A DNA stretch of 64,000 bases from Podarcis liolepis. Its lineage: Eukaryota. The notes under the pieces were generated by a model. It made no database searches. It worked only from the letters and a program-made list of their open reading frames with translations, and was not told where the DNA came from. Below are positions 1-14,988 of the stretch, in pieces (the stretch's first letter is position 1; each line of letters opens with the position of its first letter). The stretch lies in the NCBI GenBank assembly GCA_965112155.1, contig OZ218100.1; one strand, written 5' to 3'. A program made the position numbers and the translations under genes.

Positions 1-154
1 TTGGATCCTGACCTTTTGTGTTGATTTTTTAAAAAATATTTCAACGTTTATATAAAGTGTCCATGAGCCTTATAATTTATCTCCTATCTATGCTTTACCA
101 CATAACTGTGCTTTTTTAAAAAAAGAAAAAAGAAAATTTGCTTTGACTCCCTCA

Positions 155-310
155 GGAGTTTATGGACTCTCCTCCTTTGAAGGTTTTTAAGCAAAGGTGG
201 GATGTTCACCTCTCATGGATGCTTTAGTTGAGTTTCCTGCATTGCAGGGGGTTGGACTAGATGACCCCCACGGTCTCTTCCAACTCTATATGATTATTTT
301 ATTCTAAGCC
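155..310 (+). mobile_element. CR1 LINE 3' end
   Basis: Typical CR1 tail: gaggtttttaagca...ggttggactagatgacc...ttccaactct. Confidence 0.7.
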
Positions 311-759
311 TGCTTTTGTATAATGATCACTCTTACTGGATTGGGGCATCAATATGTTAATTTCTCTTAGCTTTGCTTGGATCACCGTAATACCATATTT
401 TAAGTTCTATTGTCAAGAGCAGTGAAATTTGTCCAGAGTTTTGCATGAAGAGCTTTAATAATGCTGATGTTATTTTTTAGCCTTTTACCTTACCCATTGG
501 TGATTTATCACAATCTGTGCATTGTACAATATCTTAGCATATTTTTAAATTTGTAATATAATGCCCGTTAACTAGCAGCCCAAAAGTGCAGTAGCAGAGT
601 ATTACATCATACCATATGCAAAGCAAACAAGCAAATAATAATAATAATAATAATAGGAAGAAGTGGTAACACCAATATAAATCAATTTCCTGAGCTGGCA
701 TGGATAGTGAATGTCAGGCATCTAAGTCTGAAGCATAAGAAATAAGATCCTACCAGATG

Positions 760-1360
760 ACACAAAAGTATTCTGGGTCCTCTGCCTTCTTGTGACATGC
801 AATTTGTGTGTGTGTTTTTTTCCCAAATGGCCAAAGTCCATAAGTTCTTATACCATAAAGACAAATGTTGATTTTTCAAGGTTTTCCATTGCTGAGATAT
901 TGAAATCCTAGCTACAGCTAGCATCCATGTCAACAGTTCTTTTTGAGCAACTAGCCTTCATGTTATCAGTCAATACGTTCAGTAATGACAGTTGTGAGGA
1001 GACCTGAACAGGTGATTTAATTGTTTTAGGTATTTCATTATCTATTTGAGACAAGAATAATGAGACCTGAGGGCATTCCCACCAAAGATGGAAGAATGTC
1101 CCTTGAAGCTCACCAACAATCCTGTGTTGACTGTGACGTGATAGGAGACATCTGCACAGGTAGACAATGCCATCTGTGCACAACTTTGAGGGAACATTCC
1201 CTCACATATGATGAAACAGACTTATGAGGCCTAGCTGACCACCATGATTTCCATTCAGATTCCTCTATTACAATGTTTAGATACTTTTCCCAAGAAAATT
1301 TAAGGCCCACCAAGGGACCAGCAGTAAGCTCTAAAAGTTCTGTGTATAAATTAAACAACT
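760..1360 (-). mobile_element. L1/Tx1-type LINE ORF2 C-terminal fragment (degenerate)
   Basis: Frameshifted peptides KVVHRWHCLP...CW and GTFFHLWWECP resemble the L1 CCHC zinc knuckle region. Confidence 0.7.
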
Positions 1361-1419
1361 AAACAAAATAATAGATTAAACGACTAAACAACAACAACAA
1401 ATAATAGAGACCAGTCCTT

Positions 1420-1632
1420 TGCTTCTGTGTCCCTGGAGCCTTCATTACATATCTTAAAGTGCCAGGAAAAACATTCCTCTTTTCCCAGGCCTTTGGCTAA
1501 TTAAACATTCTATGGCCTTTTAAACGGGCTGTTGTTTTTGTTTCTTATTGTGGTATGTATTTTTATATTGTAAACCACCACCCTGTCATCCTTGGATGAA
1601 GGGCAGTAGAGAAATTTAATGAATAATAAGAA
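1420..1632 (+). mobile_element. L2-type LINE 3' tail
   Basis: T-rich 3' UTR ending in gtaaacc..ccctg...gaagggcagtagagaaatttaat with an aat tail. Confidence 0.5.
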
Positions 1633-1657
1633 TGGTTTCATAATTAGTCAGAGATCA

Positions 1658-1818
1658 GGGCTGGATCTACACTGGTTCTAAAAACACTGTTTAAAAAAGT
1701 AATATAGCTCTCAATGCAATTTTGCATTGACGACAGGTTGCTGCTCTTCAGCGACCCTCTGGTGTCACATTTTTATAACACATTTTTAATATTATAACTA
1801 ATCAGTGTAGATTTGCCC
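1658..1818. mobile_element. Small MITE with terminal inverted repeats
   Basis: gggctggatctacactg ... cagtgtagatttgccc. Confidence 0.55.
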
Positions 1819-1855
1819 CTAGGAGCTTGGGCTTTAAGTGACTGATCTGCCAGTA

Positions 1856-2162
1856 CAGTGGTGCCTCGCAAGACAAAAAGAATCCATTCTGTGATTCTCT
1901 TCGTCTAGCGGTTTTTTCGTCTTGCGAAGCAAGCCCATTGACGGATTAGCGCTATTAGCGGCTTATCGGATCAGCTGATAAGCGGCTTAGCGGCTTGGAA
2001 AAGGGGGGGAGAGGGAAAAACCCGCAGGAACTCGCAAGACATTTTCGTCTTGCGAAGCAAGCCCATAGGAAATTCGTTTTGCGAAGCACCTCCAAAACGG
2101 AAAACTCTTTCGTCTAGCGTGTTTTCCGTCTTGCGAGGCATTCGTCTTGCGGGGCACCACTG
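1856..2162. mobile_element. Tc1/mariner-type MITE, CpG-rich and young
   Basis: TA|CAGTGGTGCCTCGCAAGAC ... GTCTTGCGGGGCACCACTG|TA. Confidence 0.9.
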
Positions 2163-2915
2163 TATATGGTGAAGTTGATACTTCTGTGTAATCAGTTTAG
2201 ACCTGAATCCCTCATTTTTTAATTTAAAATATTTTTGAGGTCTCTATTTTGAAATCTTCAAATATCTAAAAAAAATCCTTCTTTAGGTAATTTTAAAGCA
2301 GCGAGCTAAATAGAAGGGAAGCATCTGATTTTTCCTTATGCCATTAGCCTTTAGTCTTATTATGTGCATAGATAAATGAAACAATGTCTTTCATGCTGAT
2401 ATCACAGAGGCAGATAACAAAATAGAGCTGGCCACTGCTCTGCCCCCCAACATAAAGATATAAAGTAATACAAGACTCCAGCTATATATAAAAAATAATA
2501 TTGCTTGGTATGTTTCAAATGAAATAAAATCCTTTCCTTCCCACATAAGCTTGGATTTTTGATATGTCACCATGGAAAGAAGTTGATAAAACTCATCTTT
2601 TCAAATGTACAAACTGCAGTGATGTTTCCTTTATTTATATTTAGACAACTGAACAAAGGGTCATGTTTACTAGGGGAAAGAAAAGGGGACTGGAAAAGTT
2701 CAGAGACAGAATAAAACCGTTTCCTGGAAATGATTACACAGTGGATGTGTGTAGGAATAGAAAGATATAGAGAAAATGATGTATTTTGGAAAATATACAT
2801 CACTAAACAGCATTTTTAAAATAGAGTTGGTACTAAAAGCTCTCTTACTTTGCTTCTCATCTTATACCTCTTAAGTGCTTATTGATATACATCTATAAGC
2901 CCTTCAGTCACTTTC

Positions 2916-2918
<3 letters not shown>

Positions 2919-2950
<32 letters not shown>
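2919..2950. repeat. (AC)16 microsatellite
   Basis: Read directly. Confidence 0.95.
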
Positions 2951-2952
<2 letters not shown>

Positions 2953-5900
2953 ATTCATTCTGAAAGCACAATCATTTCCAGAGCATTCTACACTGTCTAG
3001 ACCACTAACAGTTAAATCAGCAATCCAGTGCAAAGGGTATTCTTAATCCCATGGCTTTTAGGGGACTAAAGTAAGCCCCTGCTTCTGACATTATTATAAT
3101 AGCATGGGAGCCACTCTTGAACGTGCTTTTCTTCTTAACACTTTGGTAACATCAGATGCTCATGTTCACATGGCAGAAGCCAGCTTGACAACCCTGTAAA
3201 CAGCAGGGAGGTAGTGGCTTATGGGTCTCTGAGAGCAGCAGACACAGCTGATTTTGTTAAACTAGGAGTAGCCAATGAGATGTTGTGGACTACAGCTCCC
3301 ATCAGCCCTGGGTTGGTGGGAGTTGAAGTCCACAACTTTTGTAGGGCACCACGTCCCAGCATTAGACAACTGTAGTGCCTAGACTCTGCTATGCAAGACT
3401 ATTGTAATAAATGAGCCGTCCGGATTCCAGCAAGTTGCCCTACTTTGGTTCCCAGTGGACCGAGTAAAATCTAGCTAAACGTCTGATAATTCTGTACCAG
3501 TTGAGCCCTCTGAAGACTTTGCCTTTCTAATCATGGAGCATGAGTTCCCCCAAGAACTGGGGGCATACCAAAGGTCACCCCTTTTCATCGTCCAGATGAC
3601 AGAATGCTGGAAAAACTTCAGAAATCAATGGGGTCTTTAACAACCTGTAAAACTATCATCTTACAAACCACTTTTGGGATTCACCAAATTCCCAAGTGCC
3701 TCCTGTCCTACCTTGTTCAGGATGCCCCACCAACCTCCAGAATGGTTTTTCAGGAGGTGGACAGTAGAGGGAGAAGCTTTTCTTCCATGAATTTACCTTG
3801 GGCTCCAGTCCAGTTTTTGTAGCTTTTTTTCTTGACAACACAAGCAGGAGCACATGCTTGCAATATGCCAGACTTGCTACCTACTATTTATTTACTTCTG
3901 CGAGCTACAGATTGTCTATAAGGCAAGGTTTATTTTGTATTAAACTGTAAATAAATTTTAAATGTTCCTAAACGAACTGCTTCTCACATTTTGATCTTAT
4001 AAATAAATAAATCCAAGAGACACTTGTACAATTGTAGCACCGTGTTTGTAAGTGCATGTGCGGATAAACTTCTGACAAATTCAAAAGATTATAAAAACAT
4101 TTGGCATTCTATCTAGATGGCTAGTCAGATACTTGGCAAGTCAAATAGATAGGAACAAAAGCAGCTGCAGAAGCATAGTTGAAATAAATTATAATGTTCA
4201 AAAATATGGTAGGTAATTTAAAGCCCTGTGGTCAAAAATAAAATCCAGTAATGGGAAGTTACAGATAATTTTCAAGTGGAAACGCAGTACGCAAATAATA
4301 AAACTGCTGCTAATACACTGTGCAAACCAAGCAGGTCTCTCTCTACACACAGTCCTGGTTCACAAGACCCATTAAGGCAGATTATGGTTTAGCAAGACCA
4401 CACAAATATGGGAGCTCTTTGAAAGGAGCTCACAGTTACTTTGCTCCCCAGCCACTTCGTTCCTTTTACTACTGTATCACACTAAACGAAGGTAAATAAA
4501 GGTTAGCACAGCTTGTCATCGGAACTGGGCCTCATGGCTAACTTGCTCCTACTTAAGCATGAGCTGTAGGGAGTCCCAGTTCAGATGACATGCTAAACCG
4601 AACCCCAGTTTAGCAGGACCCCCCCCAAAAAAAAAAGACTACAGAGGAGCAAAGCATTTGCAAGCTACTCTCCAAGAGCATGCTTAATAAGTTTAATAAG
4701 CAGTAATTTGTTACGTGAACCATCTCAAAGTCTTGAGTAAAGTACACTGTTGTAACCAGGTTGAATCAATTTTAAACATCAAGAGTGAATCAGTAAGTGG
4801 AATACTCTGCATGCAGATAATTTTCATGGGACAGCACTGTGTCAATTAACTTTGGAAGAAAGTGTTTTCTGCAAAGGCTTAAAACTTGGAAGAAGATACC
4901 AGAGGGATAACTGCAAAGCATTGCGGCAGATGGCATCATTCGCAGAACAGAAGTGTCAACAGATTGGGTATACTCTCAAGTTGTGGTAGAAAGGAAAGGG
5001 AGAGAATCACATTTTCCACTGACCCCCAAGGAACCGAGCAAAAAATATTAAAAGTATACACTTCCACTCATCTCTGAGATGTGAGATGTTAGCCGAGATG
5101 GCAGGAGTGAAAAATCTTTCCTCAGACCATATGCATCAGCAGGATTTTGGCAGATGAGAGGTTCGTTCTTTAAATATATTGCAGTTGGTTTCTTCGTGCC
5201 GTTTTTCAGTTACACACTTAGAAGTAACAGCTCCCAGAAGTTCTCCAAACCTCCTTTTCTCCAGCATGAGGAAGGGGTATATTTGGAAGCAAAGGCAAGA
5301 AGGAAAAACCTCCTGGCTGGTAGAATTATAATCTCCCCAGTGTGCTTCAGGTGTAGTGGGCCCAGACTGTAAAGGGCTTTAAAAGTAAGCACCAACACCT
5401 TGAATTTTGCCTGGAAACAAATTGGAGCTAATGTCGGTGGCTAAACAAACTGCTGCTCAGTGAAATAGCTCCACTTCCCTGGCTGCCTTCAAAGACACCC
5501 CACATAGAGAGGTTGCCAACACTGTTGCTGATATTAATATTGTGCAGTTTGAAGTGACTGAAAGCATAGGAATTGACTCCTTTGGAAGAAAACAGTGTCC
5601 AGGCCCAAGAAAATATTATTCATAGTTTTACTGGCAGAACTCTTCAAAAACATCATAAGCATCAAAGATACAACCAAAATATCTATTCAATGTCTTGTGC
5701 TGTCCAGCACAGGCTCAACATCTTCTTAGAAATAAGAGATTCCAAAAATCCAAACTGTGTCTCTCCCCCATTCCAGTCTGCATTCCAGCCTTTATTAGTT
5801 ATCACAAATGTCTTGCAGAGCCATTTACATGCATTGTTCTCCCTGTAGAGTTCAGAAATACTAACAGCCACCAACCTCTCAAGATGGCGAATTTGCTACT

Positions 5901-8900
5901 CAATACCTTCATCCCATGATCAAAGGTTCACTCTCAGCACAGAGTAGAAAAACAGTCAACAGGTCATTAACAAGTTACAGCTCAGAGAGAGCTCTTCTTG
6001 CTTTCAATATAACCTCATGGAAAATCCCCATGTTAAACCTTTTCACAAACACACATTCAGGCATTCTCATTTCAGTGTCAATTAAACCATTATACTTAAC
6101 AAGTACATGCATCTCACTGTTTAGGTCCTTCCTTTGTAGCAAGTGGTACACAACCTCCCTCTCTAGCTTCGACTCCTACGGCTTCATATACAAGCAGTCT
6201 CTCACTCATGCTTGCTGTGTTCTAGAGCAGGGACTGGGTGAGGAGCAATGTTGTTTCTTCTCCTCTGCATTAACTTTTCACTGGTTCCAGCAAATTTCAC
6301 CAGATCTGAACATCCCAGGGAATAATCCTCAAATGTGATCCACAGCGGGATGGAGAAACGTCTTTCTCCAGTAGGCCAGATATTTATATCTCCACCTCAG
6401 ACTGTGGACAAGGCTGCTCGTCATTATCAGCTGATGAGTGGAGACAAGGGACTGAGCAGGATTAAACTGATAAGCAGGGGATTGAATACTGATGCTTTGG
6501 CTGTGCGTGCTAGTTCTCGGTGGGAAACTAGTGGGTTTCCCACCAGTGCAGAATTGAGCTACATAACCCCACCAATCAGCTGGCAACATCTGCCCATCAG
6601 AATGGTATCAGATGATTGACCGGTGGGCATGGTTATGGAGAAACAGCATTGTAGGTCTGATTGGACCCTGGAAGGACAAGATTGGCCTGTGGGCTAGGCT
6701 AGGGGGTTCCTCACTCTGATTTACAGGTTAGCTTCAATGCCCTTTTTGAACTTATGATGCTAGGCTTACAGCATGAGCTTCCCCCCTCAACCCACGTTGG
6801 TCGCAAACCTCAAGCATTGATAAAAGTATATGAATCCTCATCCCCACTGCTTGTGGGTAAGCCTGCAGTCATGAATCGCTTACTGATTTTGTGAGGCAAA
6901 GGCAAAATGGTTTGGGGGGGGGGAACATGTCTCCTTGATTGCAACAAACTACATAATTGAAGAAACAGAGCCAGCCTGCTGTAAATCAGCAGGCTGATTA
7001 AAAATGAATAAGATTGGCACGAGCAACCAGCCCTTTGAGTATTTCATCTTATACCCAGTGTCACTGCTGGATCTTCCAACAGCTGCTAGGCATAAGAACT
7101 TCAAAATTGGTGAAAGTTGAGCTCTTGAGGAGCTCCTTTCCCATCACTGACTGACTGAACCTTTGAGCAGATATCGTGCTCATGACAAGCGAATAATATG
7201 CAACTAAGTTACACTCAGGGTAGACCATTGAAATCAATGGATTTAAGTGCCTTGCCCATTGATTTCAGTGGGTCCATTTTGAATAGGCTGACTTTGATAC
7301 ACCCAGATATGTATATAAAAAAAATATTTTTAAAAAACTATTGGCAAATAAATGCTACTTTATCTTTAGCAAAATTATTTGTACTTAGTTTTGATATGGA
7401 ATAACTAGCACTTGTGGTAAGACCTGTTTTCTAGTGCAAATGGTGCAAAATCATTTATATCTAATCCATGTATTAAGACTATTTATTAACACTATTTATT
7501 AACATCATCAAATTGTTGTGAAGGTTGATCGTGTGGCTGATAAATACTAGAAAATCCTTAAGGCACAATTAACTAACTTGTAAGTGATACACCTTGCTGC
7601 AACTCCCCCACCTATATGGCTCAGCAGAGCAGCTGTGCAGTAATATCTATAAAGGATCTGGAGGCTGCATCTTGTTGGAACAGCATAGCAGCTCCTTACC
7701 AGGCTTGCAGTTGCATTTAGAGGCAGCAGGATACAGAGGTTTATAGCTCCAGTCTGAAAACACTTGTGACTACACTGACCAGTTGCAGACCCTTTGGAGG
7801 TGGTTGCATGGCTACCATGCAATAATCCCAGATACCAGGTACCCCTGGTGTTTGGTGAAGTTTGGCTGCCTATGCTGCTATTGAGAGTGGGAGGTAGGGC
7901 TGGCCCACCCATGGGGCAAGGTGAGGTGACCATCTTCAGGTGGCAGAATCCATAGGAGCAGTAGATCTGGTGGCAGCAACAGCTGCAGCATGCTCCTTGG
8001 AGGCCAGATCTCCTTGGCAGCCCTCACCATGCCACCACTGCAGAAGTCCTCTTGGCAAATAGGAAGCACTGCTGGTGTCTTCTCAGCCTTGTTCCTAATG
8101 TAGATCTTTATCTCTCTCTCTCTCCCACCCCTTGCTCTTGATGTAGATCTTCACTCACCCCTTCTTCCCTGGTCTGGTTTGCCTCATATACCTCTTCTGA
8201 CGGCCTTGATGGGAGGATAGCTCTGGTGCAGGGGATTTGAGAATTACACCCTCACTTTCCAAGACTGGAATCTAAGCATGTTTATCTGGAATTAAGTAGC
8301 CCTGAAAGCCTCGGATAGTCTTACTTCTGAGTAAACATAGGAATGGGTTGCTTGGATGTTTATGAGATATTATACTAGGAACTCTTGGGAATTTATTGGT
8401 AGTGATTTATGTTCCATTTATAAATCTCTTCCAAATTTTTGTGTTTTTAAAATTTATGACCCCACTTTTCCTACTGTTAGAAATCCAGCTGGATAGAATT
8501 CAACATTAACTCTGTGTTCCCTCTGTTTTAAAATCATTGTCTCTGAGTTCTTTCCTCTTATAGTTGAAATGTGAGTCATCCTTATTTATCCAAGGCATTG
8601 TTCTCTTGAAGTATATATAATACAACATATTAATCACCTACTTAATATGAATTAGAAGCAGGTAAAACTTAGCAGTTAAATTTTAACATTTTAAAACTTT
8701 AAAAATCAAGTGACAAGCTTTTTTCAGGGGGAGCACAATGTCAGAGCAGCCTTCAGTAAACAGCATGCCATGTAAAATCAGTGAGAAGGTAAAGAGAAAT
8801 TACTGATGTAGGGGTTAGTATGTGGTATGAGGAGAGTGAAACACTTTCCAGTTTTTGATATCTTTCCTACAGATAATTCATAAAACAGATTCGAGCTTTT

Positions 8901-9949
8901 CCACACTATTGAGTAGGTAAGAGTTATCAAGATCCATGTTTCCCAATTAGCTAAGTACTACAGACCCCTTGTTTTTCAAAAGCCAAGGCATGGACCCTCT
9001 ACTTTTGAAATCTTTGTGCGAAGCAAATTTTTGGAGCAAGTGTGGGGTAGTCCCTAAAAAGCAATGGATTTTAGTTATCACAAATTTTATGGGCAGTGTT
9101 TTTTAGTATATTACTCACACAAATGACAATGATTTAGTGCGGGGGGGGAGATGAATTTAATTTTACTAACATGCATTACGAGTTAACAAATTAGGATATA
9201 TCTAGCAGCTACTAAACCTATATGTGTTGGGAGAAATCATGCCTTTTTTAGTCCCAAACAATCCCTTCTACTTCCAGTTCAGTATTTCCTACTTTTAATC
9301 TCAAATCTAGATTAAAATTGAGCCAATTTCTTTGCTTATTCTTTGTATAACAAAATGTCCAAAATGTTTGTTCACAAAGATATGTGGAACAGAATGAAAC
9401 TAGATGTTTCAAAGTTTTTTCACCTACTTATAATCAGGAAAAACCTTCACCCAGGATGAGCTAGTCTACATTATTAGAAAAATTATTTCGATGAACCGTC
9501 ACAAGTCACATCAACAAGTGTATCTTCCACAGATAGAGTTGTTAGTTGTACGTCACCACATTAAAAAGGATTCCTTATCCATGAGTATTCAGGATTTGGT
9601 GCAGGAAAGTAATATCTGAAGCTAGTCATAATAAATCACGCAGGTGCTCATTGGTGTTATTTTTTACTTCTGGTATCAATTCTTTCTCAGTGGACTCCAG
9701 AAATGTCTCCAATGTTTGGATGTTAGTAAGGCTATCACCTTCTACCTGGCTTTCCCTTAACCATATTTTTTAAATCACTGCCTCAATCTTATCTTCAGTG
9801 TAAAAAATATACACATCACTACCTTGAAGGCTTGTGTTGAGAGTGTTCAAGTAGGTGAAAACATTGCTAAGTAGGCTACCAAACACAACCACTCAAAGTT
9901 GTTCAACTGACCACATGAAAAGTTTGAATCTGTCAGGAAAAGTCATACT

Positions 9950-10780
9950 TCACCATGGATGAACAAGTCCACTGATTTTCCCTGACATAGCACAAGCACC
10001 ATCTGTTGTCAGACACACACATTTCTCCCATGAAATGTGGTTCTTTGCAACAACAAAAAACAAACAACAACAACAACAAAACCCACTTAGGGATTTAAAC
10101 ATGCACTCCACTGTAGTGTGTGCAAGTTCACATGAAAGTAAAAAAATCCTCCATATATTTTTCTTTCCATACATAGTGTACAAAGGCATGATAGCTTTGT
10201 TTGTAATACCAGTGGTTTCATCAGTTTGCAATGGAAAGAAGTTGCAAGTCTGGACCCTTAAAGTGAGAGTCTGTTTTATATCATTAGACATTAGACATCA
10301 TTAGACATATTCTTCATTTCACAATGTTGCTCGAAGGAGGTGATGTGTTGATTTCCCTAGCCTCCCAACTCACCAAGTACTCATTTGCATTTAGCTACAC
10401 AAGCAGGGAGAATCACTTCCTCACCTAGAATATGATCCTTTCCTGCTTTGCCAATGATTTGTGCCACATAAGAAGCTAAGGTTGCATTCTCCTGAGAACT
10501 CGAAGGTTTTTTTCTATGGTTTTTTTGCCCCTTCTTCAACTCCACAAAAAAACCATTGATTTATTTTTGGAGCGTGCGTGTTTTGTCTCCAAATGACGTT
10601 GAAGATTAGCAGGCTTCATAGATTCATTAGCTAGAATTTCACAACATGAAACACACAGGGACTTTGGTTATAAGTCAGATCCTTCAGTAAATCCATATTG
10701 AAGATAGTCATCACTGTACTTACGGATCAAATGCGCCCAGCATCTAGATACAGTAATTCTTCAGCCATTGTAAAACATTG
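9950..10780 (-). mobile_element. hAT (Charlie/ZBED5-like) transposase fossil, N-terminal and catalytic part
   Basis: Minus-strand peptides C..C.ILANESMKPANLQRHLETKH (BED finger), LQTDETT and TTDGACAM (first two catalytic Asp motifs); interrupted by stops and frameshifts. Confidence 0.8.
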
Positions 10781-12905
10781 AAAATATTTATTGGTGCTGC
10801 CGTCACTGACAGAACTGAATACCTGCTTAGGGCAGGAGAAACTAATCCAGGCACTTCCATCCCTTCCATCATAGATGATCAGCAGAATAAGAGATGGCAG
10901 TGCTGATTATGACCCAGTGCAGAAGTGGGCTATCTGCGCACTTGTACATTATTTAGGAAGCTAACAGATGGTCAACAACAGAGGCTCAATCCAAGAGCAG
11001 CAAGAGATGGTGGTTGGTGAGCACAAGTCCCTATTCCTTCCAAAGATGCATCAGTGGTGTCAAAATAGTTACCACCAACTAGCTGCATTGCGCATCCATC
11101 CTGCCTTGGGATCATGTGGGCACCACCCATTTCAACACTTTGAATTTCACCTTCTGCCACTCTAAGAAATACTCAGAATCCCAGATAAATGTAATAGAAC
11201 TAAACTTTGTGACTAATAGTCCCTTTTGGTTTCACTAATTTTATAATTAGGTTATTTCACATTCAGCATCTAAGTAAAATGCAAATTCTATTATAATAAT
11301 TAATACATTTAAACCTAAATGGTTAGTCAGCTAAAAATATTTGAACTGGTTGGCAGCCTCAAAAACTGTGCATATTAAAAGTGAGAGTGTGGATAACATA
11401 ACAGAAAATGGATTGTTTTAATCTTTTTTTACATTCCACTGCCAGGTTTATTTTTGCATAGCTAATCAACCATGATTCTTCTGAGATTAGGGAATTTATG
11501 TCAATGGGTTCCCCCCTCCCCCTACTTTTTATCCATATGCCTTCTGATTCTCTAGCAGACTGGAACTATGGGAATTTGATGGTCACAGCATGTACTCTGC
11601 AAATTAACCAAAGGTTATTTAGAGTTTTAATGATTAGTGGTGTTAATTAATGAGGAAACTACAATAACAACAGTTTTAGCAGTTTTAATGTCTTTCCAAA
11701 GGAAAGCACTTATTGTTTCAGCCAACAGAGAAGCAAGGGAATTTAAGCCATTTCAATAGCCTGTGTGAAATATAACAGTAATCACAAAGGACACAATCCA
11801 GCCAGAGTTAGTACTTTAGAAGTCCCATTGATTTCAGTGGCAGAGTTGAGTACATTCTTAAATGCATCTGATCTTGGACCAACTCTTTGATTTCTATTAG
11901 CACATTACTGAGCACCACAATTAAAGAGAACTTCCCCTCCCATGATGTTACTTTGTGAAATCCCACAGCTTTCTTTAGCAAAGCAGCAATGACATATTCA
12001 TATGTAAAATGCTCTGGGAGCTTTAGAAATGGCCTCATTGTTTCCTGAAATCAGTAGGTGTCAATTCTTTCATATGCATACAGTTTGATTATTAACGTCT
12101 GTAAGCACTATTTCGGCTCAGATCAACAGAAGTGCTGAATAGAAAGACACAAATGAGTTGATGAATATGATCATACAGTCAAGTTCATAAATTTCCTTTC
12201 CAGGATCTGTGGTAGCTGGGTGTCAGGAGAATATGTTTAATTGATCTCTGAAGCCATCATGCAGTCCCACTGAAATTAGTCTGACTTCAGTTCTTCCCTA
12301 AGTAGAGCTTAGCTGTATGCAGCTCATCAACTCATGCCATACATGATGGCACAAATAAATATACAGGTACTGTATCATCCATTGCCCATAACAAAGGAGA
12401 ATATAATCTGTATATTTTGTCGCAAACATCAGGAAATTGGACTCAACTACCACTTCCCACCCATGAAAGTCCCTTTTCAAGAGATGTGTGTGTGGCAGCC
12501 ACTTTTATGTCCATCAGCTTTTCCAGATATTCTTCAGTGCCAGGGACTGGAAGGGGGGCTGGAGTCTGATTCAGGAGAGGGGGGTCAGTGATTTGTGGGG
12601 AACTGTTCCGGCCAGGGGACAAGAGTTGGAAGCAGGGGAAACTTAAGTGCTGAATGGTGGAGCACAAGATGGGTTGGAAGAAGAGGTAGATCAGGCAAGT
12701 GAAGGGCCAGATGATTCCCCAACCATTCTTGCATCATTCATCTAGAACCAGGAGGGGATTGAAATGGGATTAGCAAAGGAAGTTGCCATGTAAGTGCAGT
12801 CTCCGTTGAGCGATGGCACAAAAACTAGTGGAAGGGGAGTGGTCCCCGGTTGTTACAACTGCTCCATAGAGCATAGACCTGGCAACAGCTGCCTAGATAC
12901 TAGAT

Positions 12906-13101
12906 CAGGGCTTTCCAAACTTTTCATGTTAGTGACTTTTTAGACATGCATCATTTTGCAACACAGTAATTCAGTTTTACTAGCAAATTGGAGGTTGAAC
13001 CAATTTCCATCCCCGGGAGGAGCGCGGGGAGTATTTGCGCAACACACACACACTGCAGCCAACACACTAACGTGTCGCGACACACAATTTGGAAAGCTCT
13101 G
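12906..13101. mobile_element. hAT MITE
   Basis: CAGGGCTTTCCAAA ... TTTGGAAAGCTCTG with 8-bp TSD tactagat/cactagat. Confidence 0.88.
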
Positions 13102-14339
13102 CACTAGATTGTTGTGCGTAGATATCCAGAGCCAACTCAAAACAATATAAAGAGATATAGGAGTGTGGAAAGTGTTTTAGGGCTGTCACCCAAATAAATC
13201 TCTCAAGTGTATGAAGCTTAAAAGATAAAGTAATATATTTGCAAATGAGCCACAGTTCTAACAAAAAAAAAACACCCTCATTTTATATGGTGCACACAGG
13301 TTTCAAAGCAAGCACCATCTCCCTTGTTTGTGAGAAAAGGAGGAATGTGTCCTTCTGTGGTATATGGTGTGTAAAGGGTTAAAAGAAACTGACCATTGCT
13401 TCTTCTGTGGCTGGGTGGGTAGGATTTGTGTTGTGTTTGTGTTTTCAGCCCCCCAGCACTTCAGTTCTGGGTAAACTGGCCTCAGAGCTAGTCCTGTTCA
13501 TTCTCTGTTTAATGAAGCCACTGTTCAGTTGTTCCTTTGGCATCTGTTGTTGTGCACAGTGAACAGGAAGCTGTGCAACCCTTTGGGTAGATGCACAAGG
13601 GACCCACGTAAGAATATTACATCTTCCAAGATGGAGCCTGCCATATGGGCTGCTTTGAAAAATTAAAATATTGAACTTTAAAAACAAATCAAATCTGTTG
13701 TCAAGTTAATCAGGAACACCCTCTAAATTAATTGGGAGGTTATTATCTGAGTAAATGTTGTGGCCTTAATACAAGATGTTAATTCCATTAATTAATTGGA
13801 GGTTGATGTTACATTCGCAGTTGACCTTAGCTTGAGACACACCTAGTACAGTGCTGCCTGCCTGACCTGTTGTCATGACCTGCAAGTAGGTTGTGAAGCC
13901 TGGGCATGTGAGTCATGGGTTTTATAAGCAAATCCAAAACAATTACCATATTGCTTCTAAGCCTTAACTGGTATAATTATACCTCTTCCAACTTTTTGTT
14001 TGGTTGGCGTATTAGAATGCTGTGCTGACACTTGCCAAACAAAGTCTTACATTTTAAAACTTGGGGGACACTCTCTGGTGGATCACGGCAGGTCCAATGA
14101 CACTTCACCACAAGGTACTCATACAGGGAGTATCTTATCTTGTGGCGAACTGTCACCAGATGTGCTGCCAGGGTTAGTTAATAGTTTAGCCAAGGCTGAT
14201 GTGAAGTTTGCTTAGCCGTGGTTTGTCTACTACTTTTGTGCTGAAGAAACAGAGAAGTTTGGGTGTGAAACCCATTTACAAAACTGATGTCACAAAGCTG
14301 CATTTGTGCAAAAAGAACAATGCATTGAACTGCAATGTG

Positions 14340-14988
14340 TTAGGACCTTCAGAGCTTGCTGATGAAGCAATACCCATGCTGCTGCTGTTTAGTAGTACAT
14401 GTCTACGAGAGACAGGTTTTTCAGCAATGACAGGCATGAGAACAAAATTAAGTGGCACACTATTACTAAGGATCTGTGTCTAACAGCCATCAAACTACAC
14501 ACTGACCTACATTGACAAAAGGCAAGCTTAGTCATCCCACTGATACTTTCCAACATAGACTTTATGATGAATAAACTATTGACATTATTCATAATTTTTG
14601 TATTTAACACTGCTTTAAGTTTTAAGAATAATTTTTATAGTTTATGAAGCAATACCCTGCAATAAGGTTATTAGTGTTCTTGCATTCCCGTAAAAAGAAA
14701 CCTGTGAATAACTTGGTGAGTACTAGAAATATTTCAACAATTAATTAATATGTTAACTACTTAACATTAATCTGTTAAATAGGTTTTAGCTTGGATGCCT
14801 CACATAATGGTTACGAAATAGGCAAAACAAAAACAAAAAAACCCAGCAAGACAGTTAAAATGAGTCAAGCTGATGGCTACTGAAGATCTAAAAATTCATG
14901 TGACAATAAATAAATAAATAAATGACTCACTCTACCAAGTAAATTTGGAGTTGTGGGTTACCAAACTAAAAAAGTTGGGAACCACGGT
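14340..14988 (+). mobile_element. hAT transposase C-terminal (dimerisation domain) fossil and 3' end
   Basis: Peptide AIPMLLLFSSTCLRETGFSAM; terminus aaaaagttgggaaccacgg. Confidence 0.7.

Noticed and set aside
5600-6250. Possible degraded minus-strand LINE
   Set aside because: Too decayed to assign to a family without a search.
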